In this document: in pieces, positions 38,817-47,442 of the stretch
How positions within the stretch are numbered: position 1 is the first letter of the stretch
How the letters are laid out: the number at the start of each line of letters is the position of its first letter
Sequence record: DRR723986_1326
Direction: 5' to 3' (one strand)
DNA: 64,000 bases
The notes under the pieces: model-generated
The model's input: only the letters and a program-made list of their open reading frames with translations
What the model was told of the DNA's origin: nothing
Database searches by the model: none
Program-made: the position numbers and the translations under genes

Positions 38817-40301
38817 TTACAGCGAAGCGTTCTTTGCTTCAGCAGCTTGTTCAGGAATATCGGCGAGCACCCATGTGTCTTTGCTGCCGCCGCCTTGGGA
38901 CGAATTGACAACCAGCGAGCCCTTCTTGAGAGCAACACGCGTCAATCCGCCTGGCAGTACCCAGATATCTTTGCCGTACAGGATGTAGGGTCGCAGATCG
39001 ACGTGCCTCCCTTCGAAGTGATCGTCGACGACGGTCGGCACGCGAGACAAAGCAAGCGTTGGTTGGGCGATGTAGTTCCGCGGCTTCGCTCTGACCCGTT
39101 TCGCGAATTCCGCCTGCTGCTCCTTGGTCGAATGGGGACCAACCAGCATGCCATAGCCACCAGCCTCGTTGGCGGCCTTCACAACCAGCTTATCAAGGTT
39201 ATCAAGCACATATTCGCGATCGTCATCGCGCTCACAGATGTACGTCGGAACGTTGGGCAGAATCGGCTCTTCTGCCATGTAGAAACGAATGAGGTCCGGC
39301 ACATAGGCGTAGATAACTTTATCGTCCGCAATCCCTGTCCCAGGTGCATTCGCCAGTGCAACTCGCCCCGATCGATAGACATCCATCAACCCAGGAACAC
39401 CAAGCATCGAATCAGATCGAAAAGCCTCAGGGTCAATAAAATCATCGTCGATGCGTCGATAGATCACGTCGACACGCTGTAGCCCATCGGTGGTCTTCAT
39501 GTAGACAAAGCCGTTCTGAACGACCAGATCACGCCCCTCCACCAGCTCAACACCCATTTGCTGCGCGAGAAACGAGTGCTCGTAATAGGCTGAGTTGTAA
39601 ATCCCGGGAGTCAGCACAACAACTTGCGGCCGACTAATGTGATCCTCAACAAGATTTACCAGAGTCTCATAGAGCCGCGTTGCGTAGTCGAAAACTGGCC
39701 GAACGTTTGACTGATCAAATGCATCAGGAAAACTCCGCTTCATCAGCAGCCGGTTCTGCAAGACATACGAAACGCCAGACGGACACCGCAGGTTGTCTTC
39801 GAGAACGTACATGGCGCCATCGGAGTGGCGAATTAGATCCGTACCCGTAATGTGGCACCAAATCCCCTTCGGTGGCTTGAGCCCCACACACTGCTTGCGA
39901 AACGACTCCGCCCCAAGAACGATATGCTCGGGTATGACACCTTCCTTGATCGCCCGCTGCTCGTTGTAAATGTCATCCAAAAACAGGTTCAACGCAGTGA
40001 TACGCTGCTTCAAACCAGCCGCGATGTGGTTCCACTCGAACGCTTCAACAATCCGAGGGACGATATCAAACGGAAAGATCTTTTCCGTGCCGCTATCGTC
40101 CCCGTAGACAGCAAACGTGATGCCCATGCGGTGCAAGGCCCGTTCGATTGACCGCTGCCGTTCAACCAAACGCCCCGGAGGAAGCTTACTGATCAGATCG
40201 ACCAGCACGCGAGCACCCTCTCGCGGTTCATCGTTGCTAAGAAACAATTCATCATGAAAGCCATCTGTTTGATAGCCATCGAAGGAATGTGTGGCAGCCA
40301 T
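38817..40301 (-). CDS. Circularly permuted type 2 ATP-grasp protein (DUF404/DUF407)
   Basis: IFPFDIVPR, VLEDNLRCPSGVSY, NSAYYEH, RRIDDDFIDP, GGLTRVAL..VVNSSQGGGSKDTW. Confidence 0.95.
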   Translation of the reverse strand: MAATHSFDGYQTDGFHDELFLSNDEPREGARVLVDLISKLPPGRLVERQRSIERALHRMGITFAVYGDDSGTEKIFPFDIVPRIVEAFEWNHIAAGLKQRITALNLFLDDIYNEQRAIKEGVIPEHIVLGAESFRKQCVGLKPPKGIWCHITGTDLIRHSDGAMYVLEDNLRCPSGVSYVLQNRLLMKRSFPDAFDQSNVRPVFDYATRLYETLVNLVEDHISRPQVVVLTPGIYNSAYYEHSFLAQQMGVELVEGRDLVVQNGFVYMKTTDGLQRVDVIYRRIDDDFIDPEAFRSDSMLGVPGLMDVYRSGRVALANAPGTGIADDKVIYAYVPDLIRFYMAEEPILPNVPTYICERDDDREYVLDNLDKLVVKAANEAGGYGMLVGPHSTKEQQAEFAKRVRAKPRNYIAQPTLALSRVPTVVDDHFEGRHVDLRPYILYGKDIWVLPGGLTRVALKKGSLVVNSSQGGGSKDTWVLADIPEQAAEAKNASL

Positions 40302-40682
40302 TGAAAGCCAGTCTCGCCGTGCGATCTGATACGGGACAAAATAAGAACACTCAACAACGATCGAGCAATACCTGCCAATCGAAATTCAGCCTGAACGCCT
40401 GCGACATCCTATGCTGGTCACCCAGCAGTGAAACGCACAAACGTGCAGCACTCAACGCAGCCGGACACGATTGCCTGCCGCTGCTATCACCCAAGGCCTC
40501 GCCACCTATGCCTCGGGTCATTACATGTTCCCAGATTGCAGCAGGGAATCAAGCCCACAGCCGACACCCTCAAATAGCGAATCAGTGCACCGAAAACAAG
40601 CTATATCAGCTCATAGAGGCGTGAACGGGCTTCATCACTGAGCGCCACTGAAGGCCTTGTTAGAAAGGCGCAAAGGTCGCAT

Positions 40683-42545
40683 TCAATCCCCAAAGCGAAA
40701 TCGTCGATCCCGCTCACCGAGTGAAAAAATGCTTTCCAGGCTGCTTTGATCAAAGGAAGCAAAGGCGGCATCCCGCTCGGCAAGGGCCTCTGCCTCGCCC
40801 TCGGCCTCACTGCCTGCCTCTCCCTCAGCTTGAGAATTGAGATGATTGACAATCAAGAGTACGTCAATCGCTGTGATGAAAAGGTCACCGTTCACATCAC
40901 GATTTAGCCCGGGGTCCGCGAATCCAGTCGTGCGTCCCGTATCAGACGAAGCATTGAGATGGTTGATAACTATCAACGCATCAATGGGGACCACCACACC
41001 ATCTCCATTGACGTCCAACGGGGCAGCCTGATTCTGGTGCCCAGGCACAACGTCCACTACTACAACCTGCCTATCAAATCGATCGCCTCCGCCGGTAGGA
41101 GTCCCAGCCGCTTGGCCAACCGTCACTTCAAGTCGTATTTCGCCTAAGAAATCCTCAGGTTGATGCACCGTGATTTGGCCGCTCGCGTCGACAGTTGCAC
41201 TCAACTCAGGCTCGGCCGGATCCGAACTAAGCACCGCAACTGAGTAGGTAAGCTCATCACCCTCCCGATCGACGGCTGAAACCGCAAACGACGAATCAGA
41301 CCCACCAGCCAACCGCTGCTTGGGGATATCATTCAGGAACGGCGGAGTGTTGATATCATCCTGTTCAACCGAGACATCGAACGTCTGCGAGACTGCATTG
41401 CCATCGACGTCCGTTGCAGTAACCGTCAATGAAGTGGTACCGACAGACTGTGGATGCAACAGCAGGACACGGTTTTCTGTATCGGCAAAAACTTCCACCT
41501 GGGACATTAGCACTGGGAAGAGCGGCCGACTAGCGTTGGTTGCGGTACGACTGATCGCTTCCCGAACCCGCTCGCCCTCAACCAGAGTTCCGAAGATGGC
41601 GTGATTGAAGTCTAAGTGCCGTTGTGGCCCCTCAGTAATGAAGAATTGCGAATCCCCCGTATCGTCTCCAGCCTTGGCGTAGGACAACAGCCCAGTTGTA
41701 TTGTGCTGTAAATCAAGGTGGAACTGGTCGTCAAAGCCCCCCAACTCAGAACCACCCGCTCCGGTGCCGGTCGGATCACCTCCCTGAATCACGAAGTCAT
41801 TGAAGATCCGGTGAAAGCCAACACCGTCGTAGAAACCCGACTGAGCCAGTTCAATGACGCGACCACTCGGACGCGGCGCTCGCTGCTCGAACAATTCGAA
41901 GACCATCTCACCGTAGTCATCCAACGTCATTCGAAGACTGCGGTTCCCCTGCAAAATCTCTCCAGTAACGACCGAAGTATCGGCCACTTCGAAGGTAAAC
42001 GTCAGGCTGTCTCCATTCGGATCATAGGCATCCAAAGGGACATGAACGGGCGATTGCGTCGGAACCACAACATCCTGCACCTGCGCTAGATAGGGAGCGA
42101 CACCCGTAGGGATATCGATACCAACGGCATCGGCCAGCTCCTCAAGCGAAGCAACTTGCTCAATTCTCTCGCCGTCGGACAAAATCCAGGTGGGTACGGT
42201 CGTCAGACCAAGCACGCTAGCAATCGAATTGCCGAAGCGATCCGGAGTCCCAACCTCGACGTATGGCAGACTGTCAGCACCATCCTCGAACAGGGCTAAT
42301 TGTTCGGCACACGACTCGGCCCAGTCAGCGCAGTAGAGGACCGCGTCTGCTTCGGCAAGATCCTCTGCAAACGCAACAAGATCAGTGACGGGGGCTGCCT
42401 CACCCTCGGCTTTCAACTCGGGGCTCAGCCCCGCAGCCGGAATCAAGTCTCCCGCGAGCAGCTCTCTTCGCTCCAGAGCCTCACAATGCAAATGGCGTTT
42501 GACGCTCTTATTCCGTCGCACTGCTACTGATCTCTCCGCGCTCAA
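40683..42545 (-). CDS. Multidomain extracellular cyclophilin-type peptidyl-prolyl isomerase
   Basis: CEALERRELLAGD planctomycete extracellular motif; Trx-like segment; FHRIFNDFVIQGGDPTGTG..SQFFIT cyclophilin core; dockerin-like DVNGDG..IDxLxxxNHLN x2. Confidence 0.9.
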   Translation of the reverse strand: MSAERSVAVRRNKSVKRHLHCEALERRELLAGDLIPAAGLSPELKAEGEAAPVTDLVAFAEDLAEADAVLYCADWAESCAEQLALFEDGADSLPYVEVGTPDRFGNSIASVLGLTTVPTWILSDGERIEQVASLEELADAVGIDIPTGVAPYLAQVQDVVVPTQSPVHVPLDAYDPNGDSLTFTFEVADTSVVTGEILQGNRSLRMTLDDYGEMVFELFEQRAPRPSGRVIELAQSGFYDGVGFHRIFNDFVIQGGDPTGTGAGGSELGGFDDQFHLDLQHNTTGLLSYAKAGDDTGDSQFFITEGPQRHLDFNHAIFGTLVEGERVREAISRTATNASRPLFPVLMSQVEVFADTENRVLLLHPQSVGTTSLTVTATDVDGNAVSQTFDVSVEQDDINTPPFLNDIPKQRLAGGSDSSFAVSAVDREGDELTYSVAVLSSDPAEPELSATVDASGQITVHQPEDFLGEIRLEVTVGQAAGTPTGGGDRFDRQVVVVDVVPGHQNQAAPLDVNGDGVVVPIDALIVINHLNASSDTGRTTGFADPGLNRDVNGDLFITAIDVLLIVNHLNSQAEGEAGSEAEGEAEALAERDAAFASFDQSSLESIFSLGERDRRFRFGD

Positions 42546-42946
42546 CCACTAGTTACTCGCTACCACTCGCCACTCGCAATACCGGTGGCCGACCTACGCC
42601 GCTTGACACCGGTACCAAGCCCTAGCTTAATTCAAGCTGCCGAAGTTGCACGCCAGGAGCGTCCGAAGTCTGAAAACATTGGATTACAAGCTGCTAAACG
42701 CACCTCGCGCTCGTCGCCAGAACCCTCTGAACTACGGTCCCCGAGTCGCCGTTAGCCTGGACCTTCGGTTACCCGAACTTGCCCGAACCGGCTGTGTCCT
42801 CGCCGCCAACATGCAATTTGCAGGCTTCGAACACCTCAGTCACAGGGCAGGGCGGCATCGAGAGTGCAAGCACCCACCTCACGACGAGATGCAGCTACAA
42901 TAACGGGCGACTGAAACGCGAGTCTCGCCGGCTTAGGCGACCGGGA

Positions 42947-42987
42947 CAGCAAGACAAGTAGGGTGGCTGCTAACCCACCAAAAGACC
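42947..42987 (+). repeat. REP-like direct repeat, copy 1
   Basis: CAGCAAGACAAGTAGGGTGGCTGCTAACCCACCAAAAGACC; 37/41 identical to 44230-44270. Confidence 0.85.
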
Positions 42988-43035
42988 GAGCCACGGACCA
43001 CCCGCAGTCCTAGCAACGAATGGGAAGCTCCATCC

Positions 43036-44244
43036 ATGAACAGACTCATCTTCTTTGGGGTGCTGGTACTGTGCCTAAACTCAGCGGCTGGTCAAACGAT
43101 CAAACGAACTAAGTTTTCTTCTTCATCCTATCGCTGGAGTGTCGCTTCTCCTTTACAGCTCAAGAGTGACTCATCTTGTGTCGCAATCTTGCGTTCTGGA
43201 GGCTTGGATATCGTTCTGGTTGATGATCCCGAAGAAAGCCGAAGAATTTGGTCACTTGAGGAAGAGTTGAAGCGACCTTCAATCCCATCATGGTTGAAGC
43301 GGCATTTGCACCATGTGCTTTGGTCATTGGAAAGCGATAGTAGTTCAGGTTCTCTTGTTGTATTTGGGAGCTACGGCCAACACACTTATGCTATGAGATT
43401 TGGTAGCGAGACTTGGGAAAACTCCGAATCATCCGATCCTATTCGCTGGAACCTCCCACGTGTTCAATCTGGATACGTAGAAAAAAGGGGATCACCTGTC
43501 TGCCTCTTCACCTGGGGGAATTCGCGATCTGATGGTTATATTTTGAAACTGAGGGACGATGGTCAGCACGAACAACACACTGCCCCCTTTACAGTCCAGC
43601 AATGTTGGATGGACAAGCGTGATTTGCTGCTTTGCTCTAACTCCGCTTTTGGCATTCAATCCAACTTGCAATTGAGCAGATGCAAGTTCTCTGACAGCGA
43701 TGCCGAACCCCGGTTCTCTTCCTTGCAAACATGGAACACGGCTAAATCGATTTCGCTAGTGAGTTCTTCACGTTCCGCTTGCGCCGCTACGACTTATCCA
43801 GTAAGGCTTCCACCTCAACATAGCGAGTATCTCTTTTCTGGAATCGTCCTTACTACTGGGGCATCTGTGAAGACACTGAGCGTACCGTTCAAATTCAATC
43901 GACTCAGTTGCGCGAAGTGGTCGGACTCTGGAGAGATCGTTGTCTTTGACGCGATGCTAGATCTGGTAGGAGATTCCCGTTCATTTCAAACTTTTGGGAT
44001 CGTAAACACAAAAACAGGACAGATGAGATTCACGCCCAAGAGCAATTTATACACAAGTGGAACGTCTTCCGCCTCGATAGAATCGTTATGCGCCGTAAGC
44101 ACTGATGGGCGACTCGTGTTTACGACGCTCCAACTCGGTCCTCAAGGAGCTGTACAGCTTCTTTATGAGTTTTTAGAAACCGGCTCGGCGCAACCACAAT
44201 CAACCGAGGCTTCTTATGGCTTGGATAGGCAGCACAACAAGTAG
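43036..44244 (+). CDS. Hypothetical secreted protein (orphan, possibly beta-rich)
   Basis: 402-aa ORF with signal peptide; appears lower in GC than its flanks; the stop TAG lies inside repeat copy 2. Confidence 0.7.
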   Translation: MNRLIFFGVLVLCLNSAAGQTIKRTKFSSSSYRWSVASPLQLKSDSSCVAILRSGGLDIVLVDDPEESRRIWSLEEELKRPSIPSWLKRHLHHVLWSLESDSSSGSLVVFGSYGQHTYAMRFGSETWENSESSDPIRWNLPRVQSGYVEKRGSPVCLFTWGNSRSDGYILKLRDDGQHEQHTAPFTVQQCWMDKRDLLLCSNSAFGIQSNLQLSRCKFSDSDAEPRFSSLQTWNTAKSISLVSSSRSACAATTYPVRLPPQHSEYLFSGIVLTTGASVKTLSVPFKFNRLSCAKWSDSGEIVVFDAMLDLVGDSRSFQTFGIVNTKTGQMRFTPKSNLYTSGTSSASIESLCAVSTDGRLVFTTLQLGPQGAVQLLYEFLETGSAQPQSTEASYGLDRQHNK

Positions 44245-44270
44245 GGTGGGTGCTAACCCACCAAAACACC
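44230..44270 (+). repeat. REP-like direct repeat, copy 2
   Basis: CAGCACAACAAGTAGGGTGGGTGCTAACCCACCAAAACACC; GTAG followed by the hairpin GGTGGGT-GCTA-ACCCACC. Confidence 0.85.
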
Positions 44271-44330
44271 CGGCCGAACCTGTGAAGCAGAAATCCCAAT
44301 CGGTGCCAGCTACGCAGGAACTCCTCTTAG

Positions 44331-44759
44331 ATGAAACTATTCGTTTCAGTTGCGGCACTTTTCCTATTCTGTATCGCAGTTCTTTGCATGTGGGTGATGG
44401 TGCTACGACTGCTATCTTTCTTAGGCGGTTGGGCCAGCTTGGCAAACGACTTTCGCGAAAAAAACGATGCGCCTGTGAAATGGAAACGCTTTCAGACTAT
44501 TTGGCTTCAAGGCGTCTGTTATTCTTCCTGTGTTCAGATTGCTGAAGGAAACGATGCGTTGTTTCTAAGACCCGAGTTCCCGTTTCGCCCTGGTCACGAA
44601 TCGCTCGAGATTCCGTTTTCGGATTTAGAATACGCCAGAGACTCGATGTGGGGTGGAAAAATGTTCTTCGACTTACCGAAGGCAGGTTTTCACATCAAAA
44701 TAAAGAGACGTTCACTGAGTGAATCAGCGATAAGCAAGATAAAGAAAATCGAAGCCTAA
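44331..44759 (+). CDS. Small membrane-anchored hypothetical protein
   Basis: N-terminal TM, GGWASLA..F, LFLRP..PF..GH..LEIPFSD pattern; AGGA RBS. Confidence 0.75.
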   Translation: MKLFVSVAALFLFCIAVLCMWVMVLRLLSFLGGWASLANDFREKNDAPVKWKRFQTIWLQGVCYSSCVQIAEGNDALFLRPEFPFRPGHESLEIPFSDLEYARDSMWGGKMFFDLPKAGFHIKIKRRSLSESAISKIKKIEA

Positions 44760-44917
44760 GCGGGTCCGAAGGAGACGAGTAGGAAGCTCTTAACATCGTG
44801 TCGTTTCATAAGTAGAACAAGCCGCTACTTGCCATTGGGCATGGTGTCGTGGCTACGAGACGGCGGAGAGTGCTTGCTACTCTGGAGTCGACCGCTGTGG
44901 CAGGCAGGCTGCCTGCA

Positions 44918-45304
44918 CTACGGCGCGAGTTGCTTACCGAAGGTGAAGACGATGATCCGCTCGCCCGTCTTGGTGCTGATGTCGGTGTGAAGGCTGACGA
45001 CTGGGGAGCCAACAATGTCGCCAATGACACTGTCCAACAGAGCTCGACCACTCTCGACAAGCTGCTGACGCATCTCCTTCACTAGCCGCCGCCCGCGACT
45101 TGGATCGCTCGTCTGCCCAAGCTGATGCTCGGCGGGCGTCAGAACACCCTTGAGCCGTACCAAGATCATGTCGTCAATAATGTACGACTTGACCTCCAGG
45201 GGACCGCGGCCAAGGAACTCCTTCTCAAAGCGGATGATTGCTTTGTTGATCTCCGTGGTGATTTCTTTTTGTGTAGACAAAGTAGATTCCGATTGGTTTT
45301 TCAA
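44918..45304 (-). CDS. DUF2294 family protein (MpsC/YbcI-like)
   Basis: FEKEFLGRGP..GVLTPAE..VKEMRQQL..SLHTDISTKTGERIIVF. Confidence 0.92.
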   Translation of the reverse strand: MKNQSESTLSTQKEITTEINKAIIRFEKEFLGRGPLEVKSYIIDDMILVRLKGVLTPAEHQLGQTSDPSRGRRLVKEMRQQLVESGRALLDSVIGDIVGSPVVSLHTDISTKTGERIIVFTFGKQLAP

Positions 45305-45486
45305 AGAGGTCGCCGTGCTGGGGCATCAGTGTGTCAACAACGGGCATTCATTGCTATTTCAATTCAAAGCATAGATCAAACCTATGGTAGCCAAAAAGCC
45401 CGGGAAATCAGGGCGTTTTTGCCACGGACTGGACAGGCTCCCTCTGCTTTGGCTAAGGATTTTCAACGCAATATAGAATTTATCAA

Positions 45487-45515
45487 TTGCTTTGCTGCGG
45501 GTCGGTCGATACATT
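45487..45515 (+). promoter_or_regulatory. Putative sigma70 promoter of the dab operon
   Basis: TTGCTT-N17-TACATT about 250 bp upstream of the dabB start. Confidence 0.5.
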
Positions 45516-45540
45516 CTGTCGGACAGAAGCGGGTTCTTGA

Positions 45541-45704
45541 CTGCAAAGCGCTGGACTGACACGAAACAGTCCTCGGAATGCAGATTCTCGTAACCTGAAT
45601 CACCCAAATTATACGCTGGTAGTTTTGCGGAACACTCCTGGAGTGAGTTCGCCAAAAGGCCGAGCATGCGAGTTCGTTTGAACTTGTGCGCTCGGCCTTT
45701 TTTT
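45541..45704 (+). promoter_or_regulatory. Structured 5' leader with intrinsic terminator (attenuator/riboswitch candidate)
   Basis: Hairpins GGACTG/CAGTCC (45553-45572) and GCGGAACACTC-CTG-GAGTGAGTTCGC (45627-45652); terminator AAAAGGCCGAGC..GCTCGGCCTTTTTTT (45654-45704) ending 62 nt before the ATG. Confidence 0.7.
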
Positions 45705-45766
45705 GTGCCCCAGCGGCCCTGATCCAACGTCAACGAACAACATTTCACCCAACTCCGAGAAGTTCC

Positions 45767-47377
45767 ATGCTACTGCTCAGTTGCCTACTTCTGATCTCGC
45801 TCGGGCTACTGCCAAATACTATCGCGAATCGTTCGCCCCTGAAGATCGCAGCGATCGCAATGTGCCTACTGGGGATCATTTTTGTCGACGCAATCGTTCT
45901 CTCGATTGCCAAGTTCACGCCAGTGGGAGCATCCGCCGGTTTCATCTCAGCGTGTGCTGGCCCACTAACGTTCTTCGACGGCTTGACCTCGACGATGACG
46001 ATCCTGATCGGTTTTATAGGTTGCGTCATCGTCAACTACGCCATGCGATACCTGGCCGGCGAGAAGACGCAGGGACGATTCATGAAGTGGCTGAGTTTCA
46101 CACTTGGCAGCGTTTCCATGATGGTCCTTGCGGGCAACTTAGTCTTTCTGGCATTAGCCTGGGTGATGACTAGTTTTGGATTGCATCAACTTTTGACCCA
46201 CTACCGCGACCGGCGTCCAGCTCTTCTTGCCGCGCGAAAGAAGTTCTTGATCAGCCGCTTTGGGGACATCGCAGTGTTCTCGGGAATACTCTTGGTCTTC
46301 CTACAGTTTAAGTCGGTTGAATACGCTCGCATCTTTGAATTGGCGGCGGACCAACAGGGTGAAGCGGGACTTCTGCCAGCACTGATTGGTGTTTGCTTCG
46401 CCGTAGGGGCACTAACGAAGTCTGCTCAGTTTCCGTTTCACACGTGGTTGCCGGAGACAATGGAAACACCAACTCCCGTTTCGGCACTGATGCACGCTGG
46501 CATTATCAACGGCGGCGGCTTCCTGATTATCCGACTCAGCCCTTTGATCTGCCTTTCACAACCAGCCATGGTCATCTTGATTGCCGTCGGTGGAACGACG
46601 GCACTGCTTGGCGGCGTTGTGATGATGTGCCAGACGAGCATTAAACGAAAACTTGCGTTCTCCACCATTGCTCAGATGGGATTCATGATTCTGCAGTGCG
46701 GTCTGGGTGCGTTCTCGGCAGCCTTGCTCCACATCGTTGCCCACTCACTGTACAAGGCGCACGCGTTCTTGAGTGCTGGGACTGCGGCGGATCAACCTTC
46801 CTATGGCCTACCGACCAAAGCGGCGACCGCTGGCCCCTCCATTGCAACTCACAGTGCTAGCCTGATCATTTCGACGGCGATTGTGCTTGCCACCACGTTC
46901 GCGTTTGGGCTGACCCACAAGTTGTTCGAGCCCGCTATTGTGTTGGTTGTTGCCTTTATTCTGGCGATGGCGTTCTACATCGGTTCAGGAGCATTGGCCG
47001 CCTCTGGACAAAAGCTTGTAAGTAGATTCGTCAGCTACAGCCTGCTTGCTCTGCTACTATCTGCCGCTTATGCAGGCAGTTTGCGAGTCTTTGAGCTAGT
47101 GCACACACCGGCACACCTGGAATCCGTTGGCGCGGCTCTATGGGCGGCGTCCGCGTTTATCATCCTGGCTTTCTTGGGTGTCTACCTTGTCCAACTGCTG
47201 GCCATCAAGACACTTCCTAGCCGATCTCTCAATGCAATGTATGTTCACGCTCTCAACGGGTTTTACCTCGACACAATCGCACACCGTGTTGCTGCCAAGA
47301 TCAGTGGCCATGACCTGAAGGTTGCCCCCGCTTACTCATCAAGTGTTTCGTTGACATCCCGGCGGAAGCGTAGTTGA
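45767..47377 (+). CDS. dabB: Inorganic carbon transporter membrane subunit DabB/MpsA (NuoL/ND5-like)
   Basis: KSAQFPFHTWLPETMETPTPVSALMHAG, STIAQMGFM, HSLYKAHAFL; directly upstream of DUF2309. Confidence 0.92.
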   Translation: MLLLSCLLLISLGLLPNTIANRSPLKIAAIAMCLLGIIFVDAIVLSIAKFTPVGASAGFISACAGPLTFFDGLTSTMTILIGFIGCVIVNYAMRYLAGEKTQGRFMKWLSFTLGSVSMMVLAGNLVFLALAWVMTSFGLHQLLTHYRDRRPALLAARKKFLISRFGDIAVFSGILLVFLQFKSVEYARIFELAADQQGEAGLLPALIGVCFAVGALTKSAQFPFHTWLPETMETPTPVSALMHAGIINGGGFLIIRLSPLICLSQPAMVILIAVGGTTALLGGVVMMCQTSIKRKLAFSTIAQMGFMILQCGLGAFSAALLHIVAHSLYKAHAFLSAGTAADQPSYGLPTKAATAGPSIATHSASLIISTAIVLATTFAFGLTHKLFEPAIVLVVAFILAMAFYIGSGALAASGQKLVSRFVSYSLLALLLSAAYAGSLRVFELVHTPAHLESVGAALWAASAFIILAFLGVYLVQLLAIKTLPSRSLNAMYVHALNGFYLDTIAHRVAAKISGHDLKVAPAYSSSVSLTSRRKRS

Positions 47378-47442
47378 GCCGCCCTTGATCGCCCAACACT
47401 TTGAAAGCCCAAACATCCCCCAAGTCCTAGGAAACTCTCACC

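Noticed and set aside
40364-40380. Sigma54 promoter for the ATP-grasp operon (minus strand TGGCAGGTATTGC)
   Set aside because: GG-to-GC spacing is 8 rather than the required 10.
42897-42940. Integron attC site (CAATAAC...CTTAGGC)
   Set aside because: The right end lacks the invariant GTT, complementarity is limited and no integrase is in the window.
42779-42961. 60-aa ORF ending at the TAG of repeat copy 1
   Set aside because: No RBS or recognisable protein features; could be a cassette remnant but is unsupported.
45359-45748. 129-aa minus-strand ORF in the DUF2294-dabB intergenic region
   Set aside because: Runs through promoter and terminator structures and has no protein-like features.
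45767-47377. Respiratory complex I nuoL or Mrp antiporter subunit
   Set aside because: No other nuo or mrp genes nearby; pairing with DUF2309 identifies it as DabB/MpsA.
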